From positions 1 to 64,000 of the IMG/VR virus record IMGVR_UViG_3300021440_000018: a DNA stretch of 64,000 bases; one strand, given 5' to 3'. Numbering within the stretch: the stretch's first letter is position 1; the number at the start of each line of letters is the position of its first letter. The notes beneath the pieces were generated by a model. The model was not told where the DNA came from, searched no databases, and was given only the letters and a program-made list of their open reading frames with translations. Both the position numbers and the translations under genes were made by a program. Shown here piece after piece: positions 46,559 through 55,310 of this stretch. Origin of the DNA: a virus.

Positions 46559-47377
46559 ATGGCACTGACCAAGACTGTCGAGAAGCAATCCGGCCCCGTG
46601 AGCGACGCAACGCCGCTCGGCACCTTCGAGGGCATGGATGAAGCGCCCGCCGCGGCGAATGAAGCGCCCCCGGCCCCCGCTGCAGCGGCCCCCGCCGCCG
46701 TGACTGTCGCCCCCGCCCAGGCCGGCGCCGTCGCCGTCTCCCGCGGCGAGGCCAGCGCGTTCGCCAAGGAAGTCGAGGCCATGAAGGGCGCCGCCGACTT
46801 CTCTTACGGCAACTTCCCCGTGTTCAAGGGCAACAACGGAGAGATCATCGGTACCGGCGACACCAAGGCCAGCTTCGGCCGCTGGGTCAAGGTCTCCATG
46901 ATCGCTTGGGACGAGCACTGGGAGATCAGCCCGAACAGCAAGAACGAGAAGTCACGGGACTACGTGGCCTACTCGACCGATGGGCAGACCCTTGGCCACG
47001 TGATCTCGAAGGAGTACGCGACGTGGATCGGCAAACCCATCACGCAGTACATCGAGCACCTGCGCAACGAGATGGATTACCCGCTGGCGGATTCCCGTCC
47101 CTTCGTGGACGTGGTCTGCGTGGTTCACGAGAGCGAGTCGAACGACGCCTACAACGGCGAGATCGTACAGATCACGCTGAGCAAAACGTCGATCCAGAGC
47201 TTCAAGCAGTACCAGGAGAAGCTGCTCCAGAAGGCACGTGCCGTCGCCCGGGGCATCCCCGGCGTGCAGGTGCCGGCCGACCCGTTCACCTTCTACTTCC
47301 TGCGTGAACTCGCAAGCGCGAACGGCAACAACTGGACCAAGCTGGTCGTCGTCGACAAGCTGCCCCCAAAGCTTTGA
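46559..47377 (+). CDS. Probable ssDNA-binding / annealing protein
   Basis: Highly biased codons, VQITLSKTS..F..Y and N.WT motifs, position in the replication module. Confidence 0.5.
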   Translation: MALTKTVEKQSGPVSDATPLGTFEGMDEAPAAANEAPPAPAAAAPAAVTVAPAQAGAVAVSRGEASAFAKEVEAMKGAADFSYGNFPVFKGNNGEIIGTGDTKASFGRWVKVSMIAWDEHWEISPNSKNEKSRDYVAYSTDGQTLGHVISKEYATWIGKPITQYIEHLRNEMDYPLADSRPFVDVVCVVHESESNDAYNGEIVQITLSKTSIQSFKQYQEKLLQKARAVARGIPGVQVPADPFTFYFLRELASANGNNWTKLVVVDKLPPKL

Positions 47378-47397
47378 CGTAATCGCAGGCTAGGTAC

Positions 47398-48090
47398 ATG
47401 CGAGCCCTCATCACCGACACCGAGACCGCCAGCCTGAAGGGCGGCATCGTGGAGATCGCCATCGCCCAGGTCGACGCCGACTTCAATGTTCGGTGGGAGG
47501 CTCACAGCCTCATCGACCCGGAGATGGCGATCAGCGCGGAGGCATCGGGGGTGCACCACATCACGGACGCCGACGTGCAGGACGCGCCAACGATTGACCA
47601 GTTCATGCGGATGCACGGCATGCCGTTCGACGCCGACGACCTGGTCTTCATCGCGCACAACGCACAGTTCGACGCCCGGATGCTGCACGACTGGCTGCCT
47701 CCGATGCGCTACGACGTGTGCACCTTGAAGCTGGCTCGCATGACCTGGCCCGATGCGCCGAACCACAAGCTCCAGACCCTGCGCTACCACCTGGGCCTGG
47801 ATGCCGGCGACGCTCACTCGGCCAAGGGGGATGTACTGGCGACGCTGAACTTGCTGCGTCGCGTGGCCGAGGCCAAGGGCCTGGACATGCTCGGCTTGAT
47901 CGAGCTATGCCGGGAACCCCTGTCCTTGGACACGTACATCTCCTTCGGCAAATACGGCCCCCTCGGGGCCGACAGAAAGACCGACCGGGGCACCCGCCTC
48001 ATCGACTTGCCGATGTCCTACGTTCGTTGGCTGCTCGGCACCGACAACCTGGACCCGGACCTCAGACAGTCGCTCAAGCAGCGCCTGTGA
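47398..48090 (+). CDS. DEDDh 3'-5' exonuclease (Exo X-like)
   Basis: DTETAS, AHNAQFD, HSAKGDV; C-terminal FGKY..LP.SYV.WL. Confidence 0.9.
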   Translation: MRALITDTETASLKGGIVEIAIAQVDADFNVRWEAHSLIDPEMAISAEASGVHHITDADVQDAPTIDQFMRMHGMPFDADDLVFIAHNAQFDARMLHDWLPPMRYDVCTLKLARMTWPDAPNHKLQTLRYHLGLDAGDAHSAKGDVLATLNLLRRVAEAKGLDMLGLIELCREPLSLDTYISFGKYGPLGADRKTDRGTRLIDLPMSYVRWLLGTDNLDPDLRQSLKQRL

Positions 48091-48116
48091 CAACAACCCC
48101 TGAAAGGACCCACCAC

Positions 48117-48353
48117 ATGGTTACCGCTGTTCAACGATTCGCCGCCCGTGACGGGCAAGTGTTCGACACCGCCGAGGCAGCCAACGCCTACGAGCAGCGC
48201 CTGGACGCGATCGCCTCCATCGAAGCCTACGTGGCCCGCGCCGAACTGCGCAAGGCCAGCGCCGGCCTGGTGCGCAAGCACCTCGCGGCCTACGTCGAGT
48301 TCTCGGCCCTGCCCAGGGACGTGCCCGACGCGGGGCCGACCCTCCAGGCTTGA
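48117..48353 (+). CDS. Hypothetical protein
   Basis: F.A.DG.VFDT.EAA..YE motif; AAAGGA RBS. Confidence 0.6.
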   Translation: MVTAVQRFAARDGQVFDTAEAANAYEQRLDAIASIEAYVARAELRKASAGLVRKHLAAYVEFSALPRDVPDAGPTLQA

Positions 48354-49174
48354 GGTCGAGCGGCACGTACCTAGAGGCGATCCACGGGTCGCCTTTTTCA
48401 ATGATGACTCCCACCTCCCTACTCGATGAGTTCGCTCTCGCCCTGCGCGACGAGTGCGTCCGCGCCACGGGCAGCAACGACTACCCGCCGTCCCGTAACC
48501 CGGCCAAGGGTTTTGGCCCCTGCGTGCACCAGGTACTCACCCTGGGGCATCTGCGCACCGTGGACCTGGTAGCCAGCCTGTACGACCCAAACCCCCTGCC
48601 CTTGCCCACGATGTTGGACTTGTGGGATCAGGTGGCCAAGCTGATGGCCGAGCGCAAGCATACGGAAGCTCGGGACTGGCTCCAGCAGGCCCACCCCCAC
48701 ATGCCGTACAGCAAGGAGGTGGATGTGGGGATAGCCGGGGTGCTGGCCCAGTACATCGTCCTCATGTCCTGGCGTCACGGAACCCTGGAGGTGTCCGGGA
48801 ACACGGCTCTGCTCAGCGCCGGGGGGCACACCGTCGGCATCCGTCGAGGCACGCTGGTCACGACCCGCGGCACGCGCCGCCTTCTTCGCCCCTCTAACCT
48901 GGAGACGGCGCTGTACTGCACGCTTGGGGATCCCAAGCCTATGGGCCTGGAGGTGGGTGGCCTACGCCGGCATCTCTCGGGTGTTCTGCCCCGGCTGGCT
49001 GGTGTCATCAACACCGTGTTCTACGCAGCGGTACAGCAGCAGCGTGAGCCCGCTCTGCTGGACCTCTTCGTGTGCCGCAGCGAGGTCAAAGGCAGGAAGG
49101 CGCGCGAGGAGCGGCAGCGACTGGAAGCTGCGATGTCCTTCCTTCGAGTTCAACAACAAGTGAAACACATATGA
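48350..49174 (+). CDS. Hypothetical protein
   Basis: Fills the operon gap; start uncertain. Confidence 0.5.
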   Translation: MRSSGTYLEAIHGSPFSMMTPTSLLDEFALALRDECVRATGSNDYPPSRNPAKGFGPCVHQVLTLGHLRTVDLVASLYDPNPLPLPTMLDLWDQVAKLMAERKHTEARDWLQQAHPHMPYSKEVDVGIAGVLAQYIVLMSWRHGTLEVSGNTALLSAGGHTVGIRRGTLVTTRGTRRLLRPSNLETALYCTLGDPKPMGLEVGGLRRHLSGVLPRLAGVINTVFYAAVQQQREPALLDLFVCRSEVKGRKAREERQRLEAAMSFLRVQQQVKHI

Positions 49175-49710
49175 GCCAACGAAAACTCATCGGCCTGCAC
49201 GGCTACGCCAGATCCGGCAAAGACACCCTCGCCACGCTGATCATGCAGCAGCACAGGTTCACACGCATGGCCTTCGCCGACCCGCTGAAGGCAGCAGCAT
49301 CGGTGCTGTTCGGGATCCACCGCGACGTGGTCTTCGGCGACGACAAGACGGTCGTGTTGGAGCCCTGGGGCATCACGCTGCGCGAGGCCCTGCAGAAGCT
49401 GGGCACCGAGGCCATGCGCAACAACTTCGGCGAGGACTTCTGGATCAAGCGCTGGCGCATGGAGTACGACCGGACTGAAGGCAACGTCGTTGTGACAGAT
49501 GTGCGGTTTGAGAACGAAGCCGCGGCGATCCGGGCCGCGGGCGGACGCATGGTGCACCTGACACGGCCCGGCGCTGGTCTCAAGGGCGACGCCGGCCGGC
49601 ACCCCAGCGAGGGCGGCGTGACTGTGATGCCGGGTGACCTCCAGATTGCCAACGACAGCACGATCCAGGCGCTCAGCGCCAAGGTCCTGGGGATCGTGGC
49701 CGCCGCATGA
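49171..49710 (+). CDS. Deoxynucleoside monophosphate kinase
   Basis: GYARSGKDT, FADPLK, REALQKLGTE, TDVRFENE, HPSE. Confidence 0.9.
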   Translation: MSQRKLIGLHGYARSGKDTLATLIMQQHRFTRMAFADPLKAAASVLFGIHRDVVFGDDKTVVLEPWGITLREALQKLGTEAMRNNFGEDFWIKRWRMEYDRTEGNVVVTDVRFENEAAAIRAAGGRMVHLTRPGAGLKGDAGRHPSEGGVTVMPGDLQIANDSTIQALSAKVLGIVAAA

Positions 49711-49964
49711 CTGCTCCGCTGAACCTGGGCCAGTTGCCCGACGAATCAGACCGGGCAACCGAGCTTGAGATGGCGATGACCGAGTCGGCCATCGCCCATG
49801 CCCGCATCAAGGCCCGGCGCAAGCAGGAGCCCGACGCCAACGGCGTGTACGCCATCACTGAGTGCGAGGAGTGCGGGGACGAGATCGAGCCCGCGCGCCT
49901 TGCCGTCGCTGCAATGAACACGTGGTGCATTCACTGCGCCACGATGAAGGAGAGGAAGAGATGA
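49707..49964 (+). CDS. TraR/DksA C4 zinc-finger protein
   Basis: DESDRA, CEECGDEIEPARL…CIHC. Confidence 0.85.
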   Translation: MTAPLNLGQLPDESDRATELEMAMTESAIAHARIKARRKQEPDANGVYAITECEECGDEIEPARLAVAAMNTWCIHCATMKERKR

Positions 49965-50290
49965 GTGTGTGGGTCGACGACTTAGGTACTCGATACCGGC
50001 TTGTGCACAAGTTGCTTCCAGTGAGGTGCATGGAGTTCGACGGGGATTGGTGGGTCGACGGGGGTCGCATCCGCGGTGTCGTGCTTGAGATGCGCGGCCC
50101 GCTAGGTGAACGCTGGTACGTCAAGCCGGAGGACAAGCTTGCGCTGAACACTAAAGCATGTCGACTCCTTTCTCGCGCCCGCAATCTGCTGAGCCACCCA
50201 CGTTCGTGGTTCAGTGAGGAGGGCCACACGAAGAGCCGCCACGCCCTGTCCGTCGAGATCACCACCTACCTATTGAGAGGCGACAAATGA
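49961..50290 (+). CDS. Hypothetical protein
   Basis: ATGA coupling. Confidence 0.5.
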   Translation: MSVWVDDLGTRYRLVHKLLPVRCMEFDGDWWVDGGRIRGVVLEMRGPLGERWYVKPEDKLALNTKACRLLSRARNLLSHPRSWFSEEGHTKSRHALSVEITTYLLRGDK

Positions 50291-50475
50291 GCCACTGGGC
50301 TGACGAGTACATCACTCTGATCGAAGACTGTGAGCAGCGCTGTGAGCGCCTGTCGGACTGGGAGTCCGACTTCGTGTCTTCGCTGCGGGACCAACTGGAA
50401 GCTGGTAGAGCCCTGTCACCGAAGCAGATCGACGTTCTGGACGGGATCTGGGAGAAGGTCACGGGCCGAGGCTAA
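50287..50475 (+). CDS. Hypothetical protein (LSDWE..FV.S…LSPKQ family)
   Basis: Common small phage motif. Confidence 0.6.
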   Translation: MSHWADEYITLIEDCEQRCERLSDWESDFVSSLRDQLEAGRALSPKQIDVLDGIWEKVTGRG

Positions 50476-50487
50476 CCGAGGAGTTAC

Positions 50488-53400
50488 ATGAAGAGAGCCA
50501 TCATCGATTTGTCCAGCGTAGTCTGGACCGCCCTCCTCGCGGGCAAGGACAGCGAGTACGGCAAGACCGTCGAGTTCGACGGCAAGCAAGTCCACATCAA
50601 TTCGGCCGGCTACGGCTTCGACAACGCCCTGAACCACATCGAGAAGGTCATGGCCGACCTGAGTCTGGTGCCGCACCAGATGACCTTCGTGGTCGAGGGC
50701 AAGGACAGCAAGCGTGAGCGCACGAGCTTGCACCCCGGCTACAAGGCCGGGCGTGGGCGCCCCCCGGAGGCGTACGAGGAGTTCGTGGCCTGCCGCGACA
50801 AGATCCTGCGCACCTTTCTCGACCTGGGCTCGCTCCAGGCGTGGCAGGACGGCGGGCTGGAGGCCGACGACGTGATCGGCTACCTCGCCAAGAACCTCGA
50901 CGGTGAGCGCTGGATCGTCAGCTACGACAAGGACCTGGCCCAACTCGTAGGCGGCGACATCCACCACCTGCGTGGCGGCAAGGTCGACGAGAACCCCTTC
51001 GGGGACTTCGAGCACCGGCTGATCCCCGTGTGGATCGCCCTCGTCGGCGACAGCGCTGACAAGATCCCCGGCGCCAAGGGCTTCGGCGCGGTCGCGGCCC
51101 AGGACATCCTCTTCGCCTTCGGAAACGACGGGCTGGAGTTGATGGAGGACCTGATCAAGACGCGCACGCTGCTGCGCCTCGAAGAGGATCTGGCCACGCT
51201 GCCGAAGCTGCAGAAGATCATCGACGACGCCGGGGGCGTCTACATGAGCTACGAACTGGCCCGCCTGCGCATCGAGCGTGTGAACACCCTGCGCCGCCCC
51301 CTGCAGTGGAAAGTCGGCATGGTCAAACCCTCTTCGCAGTGCGAGGAGCAGACCCTGCGCAAGTGGGCAGGGCAAGCCCGCCTGATCCACGCCGGCAACT
51401 ACGCCGAGGCCCGCGCCTTCTTCGCCAAGCAGGTGGCGCGCACGCCGGAGTTCTGCCTTGACCTTGAGACCCATGTCGACGAGCAGTCCGAAGAGTGGCT
51501 GGAGCGGCGCAGCACCAAGGGCGGCGGAGTCGATGTCATCGGCTCGATGATCGTGGGCTGCGGGTTGTGCTTCGGGCCCAACGGCGAGTACCACTTCTAC
51601 CTCACCACCAAGCACGTCGAGGAAGAAGGCATCCGCAACCTGACCCTTGCCCAGGTCCGTGAGTTCCTCGAACTCATCCCCAAGGACAAGATCACGGTGG
51701 CGCAGAACGCGGCCGGCTTCGAGTTGCCGGTCATGTACAACGCCTTCGGTGAAGCGTGGAAGGACAACGGCTGGCGCGGCATGTTCCCCAACATGGTGGA
51801 CTCGCGCATCGCGGCCACCTACTGGGATGAGGATCAGCCCTCTCACGGCCTGAAGCAGATGTCCAAGCTGCTGCTGGAATACGACCAGGAGACCTACGAG
51901 CACGTCACCACCGTTGACGGCGTGCAGTACAAGATGAACGAGCTTACCGCTCGCCACGTCCTGAACTACGGCCTGGAAGATGTCGTCACGGCGATGGCGC
52001 TGTGGCGCTTTTACCGCGTGATCATGGAACTCGACGGCACCCTGGACGCCTTCATGCGCCTGGAGCAGAAGCCGATGTACCTGTCGGCCCTCGGCTACGC
52101 CCAGGGGGTGCCGATCAGCCTGCAGCACCTGAACAAGCTGCGCCAAACCGACGACGAGGCATTCGTCGAGCACGGCGCTGTGCTCGACGAGTTGCTCCTG
52201 GGCCTGGGCTGGGACGGCACGGTGTGCCCCGTGTACACCGAGATCACCCCCGCCAGCGTCAAGGAGGCGGTCCTGCTGCTCACCGGGCTTGAGGCTGACT
52301 TCAGGGTGCGCCTGCCGGCGAAGATGTCGCAGGCCATGGACGAGTGGGCCGACGGCCTGATCGAGGAGAGCGAGGACAACGAGATCCCCGGCTCGCGCAT
52401 CAGGCTGTTGTCGGCCTACGTGCGCAACGGCGACGTGGACAGCATCAACGAACTCGTGGCCCGCCACTTCAGCGGCCGCCCGAAGTTCGACGTGGCCTCG
52501 CCCAAGCAGGTGGCCCGGCTGGTCTACGAGCGCATGGGGCTGCCCGTGCGGCTGCGCAACAAGCCGACCGATGTCATGCGCGCCAAGGGCATCCACGAGG
52601 GCACCGCCCGCACCGACGACGACGCCCTGAAGATGGCGCAGAAGATGGGCGACGTGACTGCCGGCACGCTTGAGCATCGCGCGCTGAGTGCGCTGATCGA
52701 GATGAAGTCTATCAACACCAAGCGCGGCCTGTACTACGAGCCGTACCCGGCCATGGTGCACTGGAAGACCCGGCGCATCCATCCTGAACTCGTTCAGTCG
52801 GGGACTAACACGCGGCGCTGGGCTGCACGCAACCCGAACATCCAGCAACTCGACAGCGCCCCGGGCGGCATCCGCTCCGTGGTCCTGCCCCACCACCGCG
52901 ATGCCGTGGTCGTGTCGCTGGACGAGAGCGGGCAGGAGGTTCGCCAAGCGGCCGACTACTGCCGGGACCCGAACCTGCTGTCCTGCTTCATGGGCACGGC
53001 TGAAGAGATCCGCGACGTGCACTCCATCGTCGGCTCCAAGATCCTGAGCATCCCGTACCGTGACCTGCGCTCTGGCGCCGACCTGCCCGAGGGCGCGGGC
53101 AAGGTGCGCAGCATCGCCAAGACCGTGCTGTTCGCCAGCTTCTACGGCGCCGGGGCCGCGAAGATCGGCGAGAACCTGGGCATCAGCGAGGGCGAGGCCC
53201 AGGACTACATCGACGCCATCTACGCCCAGTTCCCCGACCTGGCGAAGTGGAAGTCTGAGACGGAGCGCTTCGCGGAGAAGCACGGGTGGGTGCCGGTGCA
53301 CGGGGGCACGGTACGCCACTTGCGCAAGGCCCTGCTGTCGGACAACAACTACGAGAGCAGCAAGGCACTGCGGCAGGCGTCCAACGCTCGAATTCAGGGC

Positions 53401-53712
53401 GCTGGCGCCAACCAACTCAAGACCATCATGTCCGCGGTCTGGGACAGCGACATCATCGAGCGGTACGACTACCGCTGGTACTTCCCGGTGCACGATGAGA
53501 CGGTCCACAGCGTGGGCCGCGGCGACGTGGCGGCGTGTGTGAAGGAACTCCATGGGTTGATGACCAAGCAGTTCCTGGGGCTCGTGCCTTCGGCCTCGTC
53601 CATCGGTCTTGGACCTACCTTCGGCGACCTGATCGAGATCGGCGAGACTTACGACGTGGGCCTCATCGAGAAAGCCCTGAACGACATCTTTGAAATGAAA
53701 GAGGCAGCATGA
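50488..53712 (+). CDS. polA: Family A DNA polymerase with 5'-3' and 3'-5' exonuclease domains (Pol I-like)
   Basis: YKAGR, EADDVI, DKDL, GDSADKIPG; LDLET; NPNIQQ, DESGQEVR, KTVLF..FYG, HDE. Confidence 0.9.
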   Translation: MKRAIIDLSSVVWTALLAGKDSEYGKTVEFDGKQVHINSAGYGFDNALNHIEKVMADLSLVPHQMTFVVEGKDSKRERTSLHPGYKAGRGRPPEAYEEFVACRDKILRTFLDLGSLQAWQDGGLEADDVIGYLAKNLDGERWIVSYDKDLAQLVGGDIHHLRGGKVDENPFGDFEHRLIPVWIALVGDSADKIPGAKGFGAVAAQDILFAFGNDGLELMEDLIKTRTLLRLEEDLATLPKLQKIIDDAGGVYMSYELARLRIERVNTLRRPLQWKVGMVKPSSQCEEQTLRKWAGQARLIHAGNYAEARAFFAKQVARTPEFCLDLETHVDEQSEEWLERRSTKGGGVDVIGSMIVGCGLCFGPNGEYHFYLTTKHVEEEGIRNLTLAQVREFLELIPKDKITVAQNAAGFELPVMYNAFGEAWKDNGWRGMFPNMVDSRIAATYWDEDQPSHGLKQMSKLLLEYDQETYEHVTTVDGVQYKMNELTARHVLNYGLEDVVTAMALWRFYRVIMELDGTLDAFMRLEQKPMYLSALGYAQGVPISLQHLNKLRQTDDEAFVEHGAVLDELLLGLGWDGTVCPVYTEITPASVKEAVLLLTGLEADFRVRLPAKMSQAMDEWADGLIEESEDNEIPGSRIRLLSAYVRNGDVDSINELVARHFSGRPKFDVASPKQVARLVYERMGLPVRLRNKPTDVMRAKGIHEGTARTDDDALKMAQKMGDVTAGTLEHRALSALIEMKSINTKRGLYYEPYPAMVHWKTRRIHPELVQSGTNTRRWAARNPNIQQLDSAPGGIRSVVLPHHRDAVVVSLDESGQEVRQAADYCRDPNLLSCFMGTAEEIRDVHSIVGSKILSIPYRDLRSGADLPEGAGKVRSIAKTVLFASFYGAGAAKIGENLGISEGEAQDYIDAIYAQFPDLAKWKSETERFAEKHGWVPVHGGTVRHLRKALLSDNNYESSKALRQASNARIQGAGANQLKTIMSAVWDSDIIERYDYRWYFPVHDETVHSVGRGDVAACVKELHGLMTKQFLGLVPSASSIGLGPTFGDLIEIGETYDVGLIEKALNDIFEMKEAA

Positions 53713-54158
53713 GTGTTTCAGTAGACGGCAAGAGAGCAGAGCGAGCGGTGCAGGAGTGGCTGACCGAGCGCAGCGCGCGGGACGTGCGGTTCGCTTTTCA
53801 CAGGTACCCCGACTCCCACGCGGCGCGCGGCATCCTGAGTGCGCAGCCGGCCGACTATCTGGTCGCGCGGTGGGCCACGTTCGATCGTTCCGAGGCCACC
53901 AACCTGGAGGTCAAGGAGACCAGCGAGGTCACTCGCCTGCCCCGCGCCAAGATCACACAGTACGGCAAGCTGAAGATGTTCGACATGGCGGGGTTCCGCA
54001 CCGTCGTCATCGTCTACCTGAGCGCCAAGAAGATGTGGACCTACTTCGAGCGCGACACCCTGTTCCCCAACACGGAACAGACCCCGACCTCGTTCCCGTT
54101 CGAGGGTCGCCCCCTGTACCCCACGGCGGCGGAGGCGCTGCAGTACATCTTCTCTTGA
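53709..54158 (+). CDS. Holliday junction resolvase-like PD-(D/E)XK nuclease
   Basis: GKRAE, PADY, LEVKET. Confidence 0.7.
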   Translation: MSVSVDGKRAERAVQEWLTERSARDVRFAFHRYPDSHAARGILSAQPADYLVARWATFDRSEATNLEVKETSEVTRLPRAKITQYGKLKMFDMAGFRTVVIVYLSAKKMWTYFERDTLFPNTEQTPTSFPFEGRPLYPTAAEALQYIFS

Positions 54159-54233
54159 CAACTATTTCACGAATGACAGAATACGAACAAAGGCAGCCGA
54201 CAGGTTGCCTTTGTTCACACCAAGGATCACGAA

Positions 54234-55310
54234 ATGCTAGTCCTGAATGATCTGCACCTCGGGGTGCAGCGCAAGGGGGGCACCACCCCGGCCTCGCAAG
54301 AGGCGCTGCGCAACTACCTGTTCACCTCGCTCGAAGAGATCCTGCATGACTCGCAGGAGAAGCACCTCGTCATCGCAGGCGACCTGTTCGACGAGTTTGA
54401 AGTCTCGCCGCGCGACTGGGTTCAGACCTACCTGATCTTCCAGGACTGGCTGGTGCGCAGCGGGGGCAAACTGACGCTGATCGCCGGTAACCACGACCAT
54501 AGCCCCAAGGCCCTGCGCGTCTCATCGTTCGAGATGTTGAGCAAGGTGTTGGTTGAGCAGTTCGGCGACCAAGTGGTCACCGTAGTTGGCATTGACCAGT
54601 GGAGTGGGATCAACCCACCAACAGGTCACATCTACGCGCTGGCCCACTGCAGCAACCAGGACGTGTTCAACGCCAAACTGAACGAGGTATTGGCACAGGT
54701 CGTGGATGGAGACGGCGTCTTCCTCCACGCCAACTTCGACAACCACTTCGCTGCCCAGTCGGACCATAGCTTGAACGTGAGCATGGAGCAGGCCAAGAAG
54801 TTCGCCGAGAAGGGTGCGACCCTGTTCTTTGCCCACGAGCACCAGGCCCGCACGGCGCTGGGTGGCAGAGTCGTCGTGTTTGGGAACCAGTGGCCGACGA
54901 GCATCGCCGATTGCCTCAACAACGACGAGAAGTACGCCCACGTGTTCAACGGTGGCGTCACCAAGGTCAGGACCTGGGCGGGCGCCAGCGGCCGTGCAGC
55001 GTTCCTGGAGTGCGATTGGCGTACCTTGATGGACGAGGCCCAGATCCCCGGCCTGGGTTTCATCCGGGTCACCGGCAAAGCCAGCGCTGCTGAAGCCAGC
55101 GACTGCCTCAACGCCATCGCCAAGTTCCGCCAGCGCAGCAGCGCGTTCGTGATCAGCAACGCCGTGCAGATCGAGGGCCTCGCCGAGATCGGCGAACTGC
55201 CCTCATCTTTCGAGGCGGCGAAGCGGTTCGACGTGCTTGAGTTCATCCGCGAGAAGATGGAGCCCGAGGAAGTAGCCATGCTGGAGAAGTTGGTGGAGGC
55301 ACAGCAATGA
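54234..55310 (+). CDS. sbcD: Mre11/SbcD-like nuclease
   Basis: NDLHLG, GDLFD, GNHD, AHEH; adjacent to the Rad50-like gene. Confidence 0.85.
   Translation: MLVLNDLHLGVQRKGGTTPASQEALRNYLFTSLEEILHDSQEKHLVIAGDLFDEFEVSPRDWVQTYLIFQDWLVRSGGKLTLIAGNHDHSPKALRVSSFEMLSKVLVEQFGDQVVTVVGIDQWSGINPPTGHIYALAHCSNQDVFNAKLNEVLAQVVDGDGVFLHANFDNHFAAQSDHSLNVSMEQAKKFAEKGATLFFAHEHQARTALGGRVVVFGNQWPTSIADCLNNDEKYAHVFNGGVTKVRTWAGASGRAAFLECDWRTLMDEAQIPGLGFIRVTGKASAAEASDCLNAIAKFRQRSSAFVISNAVQIEGLAEIGELPSSFEAAKRFDVLEFIREKMEPEEVAMLEKLVEAQQ

Noticed and set aside
38117-53712. 2-aminoadenine (Z) genome pathway
   Set aside because: No PurZ- or DatZ-like gene is recognisable; MazG-like and PolA genes alone are insufficient.
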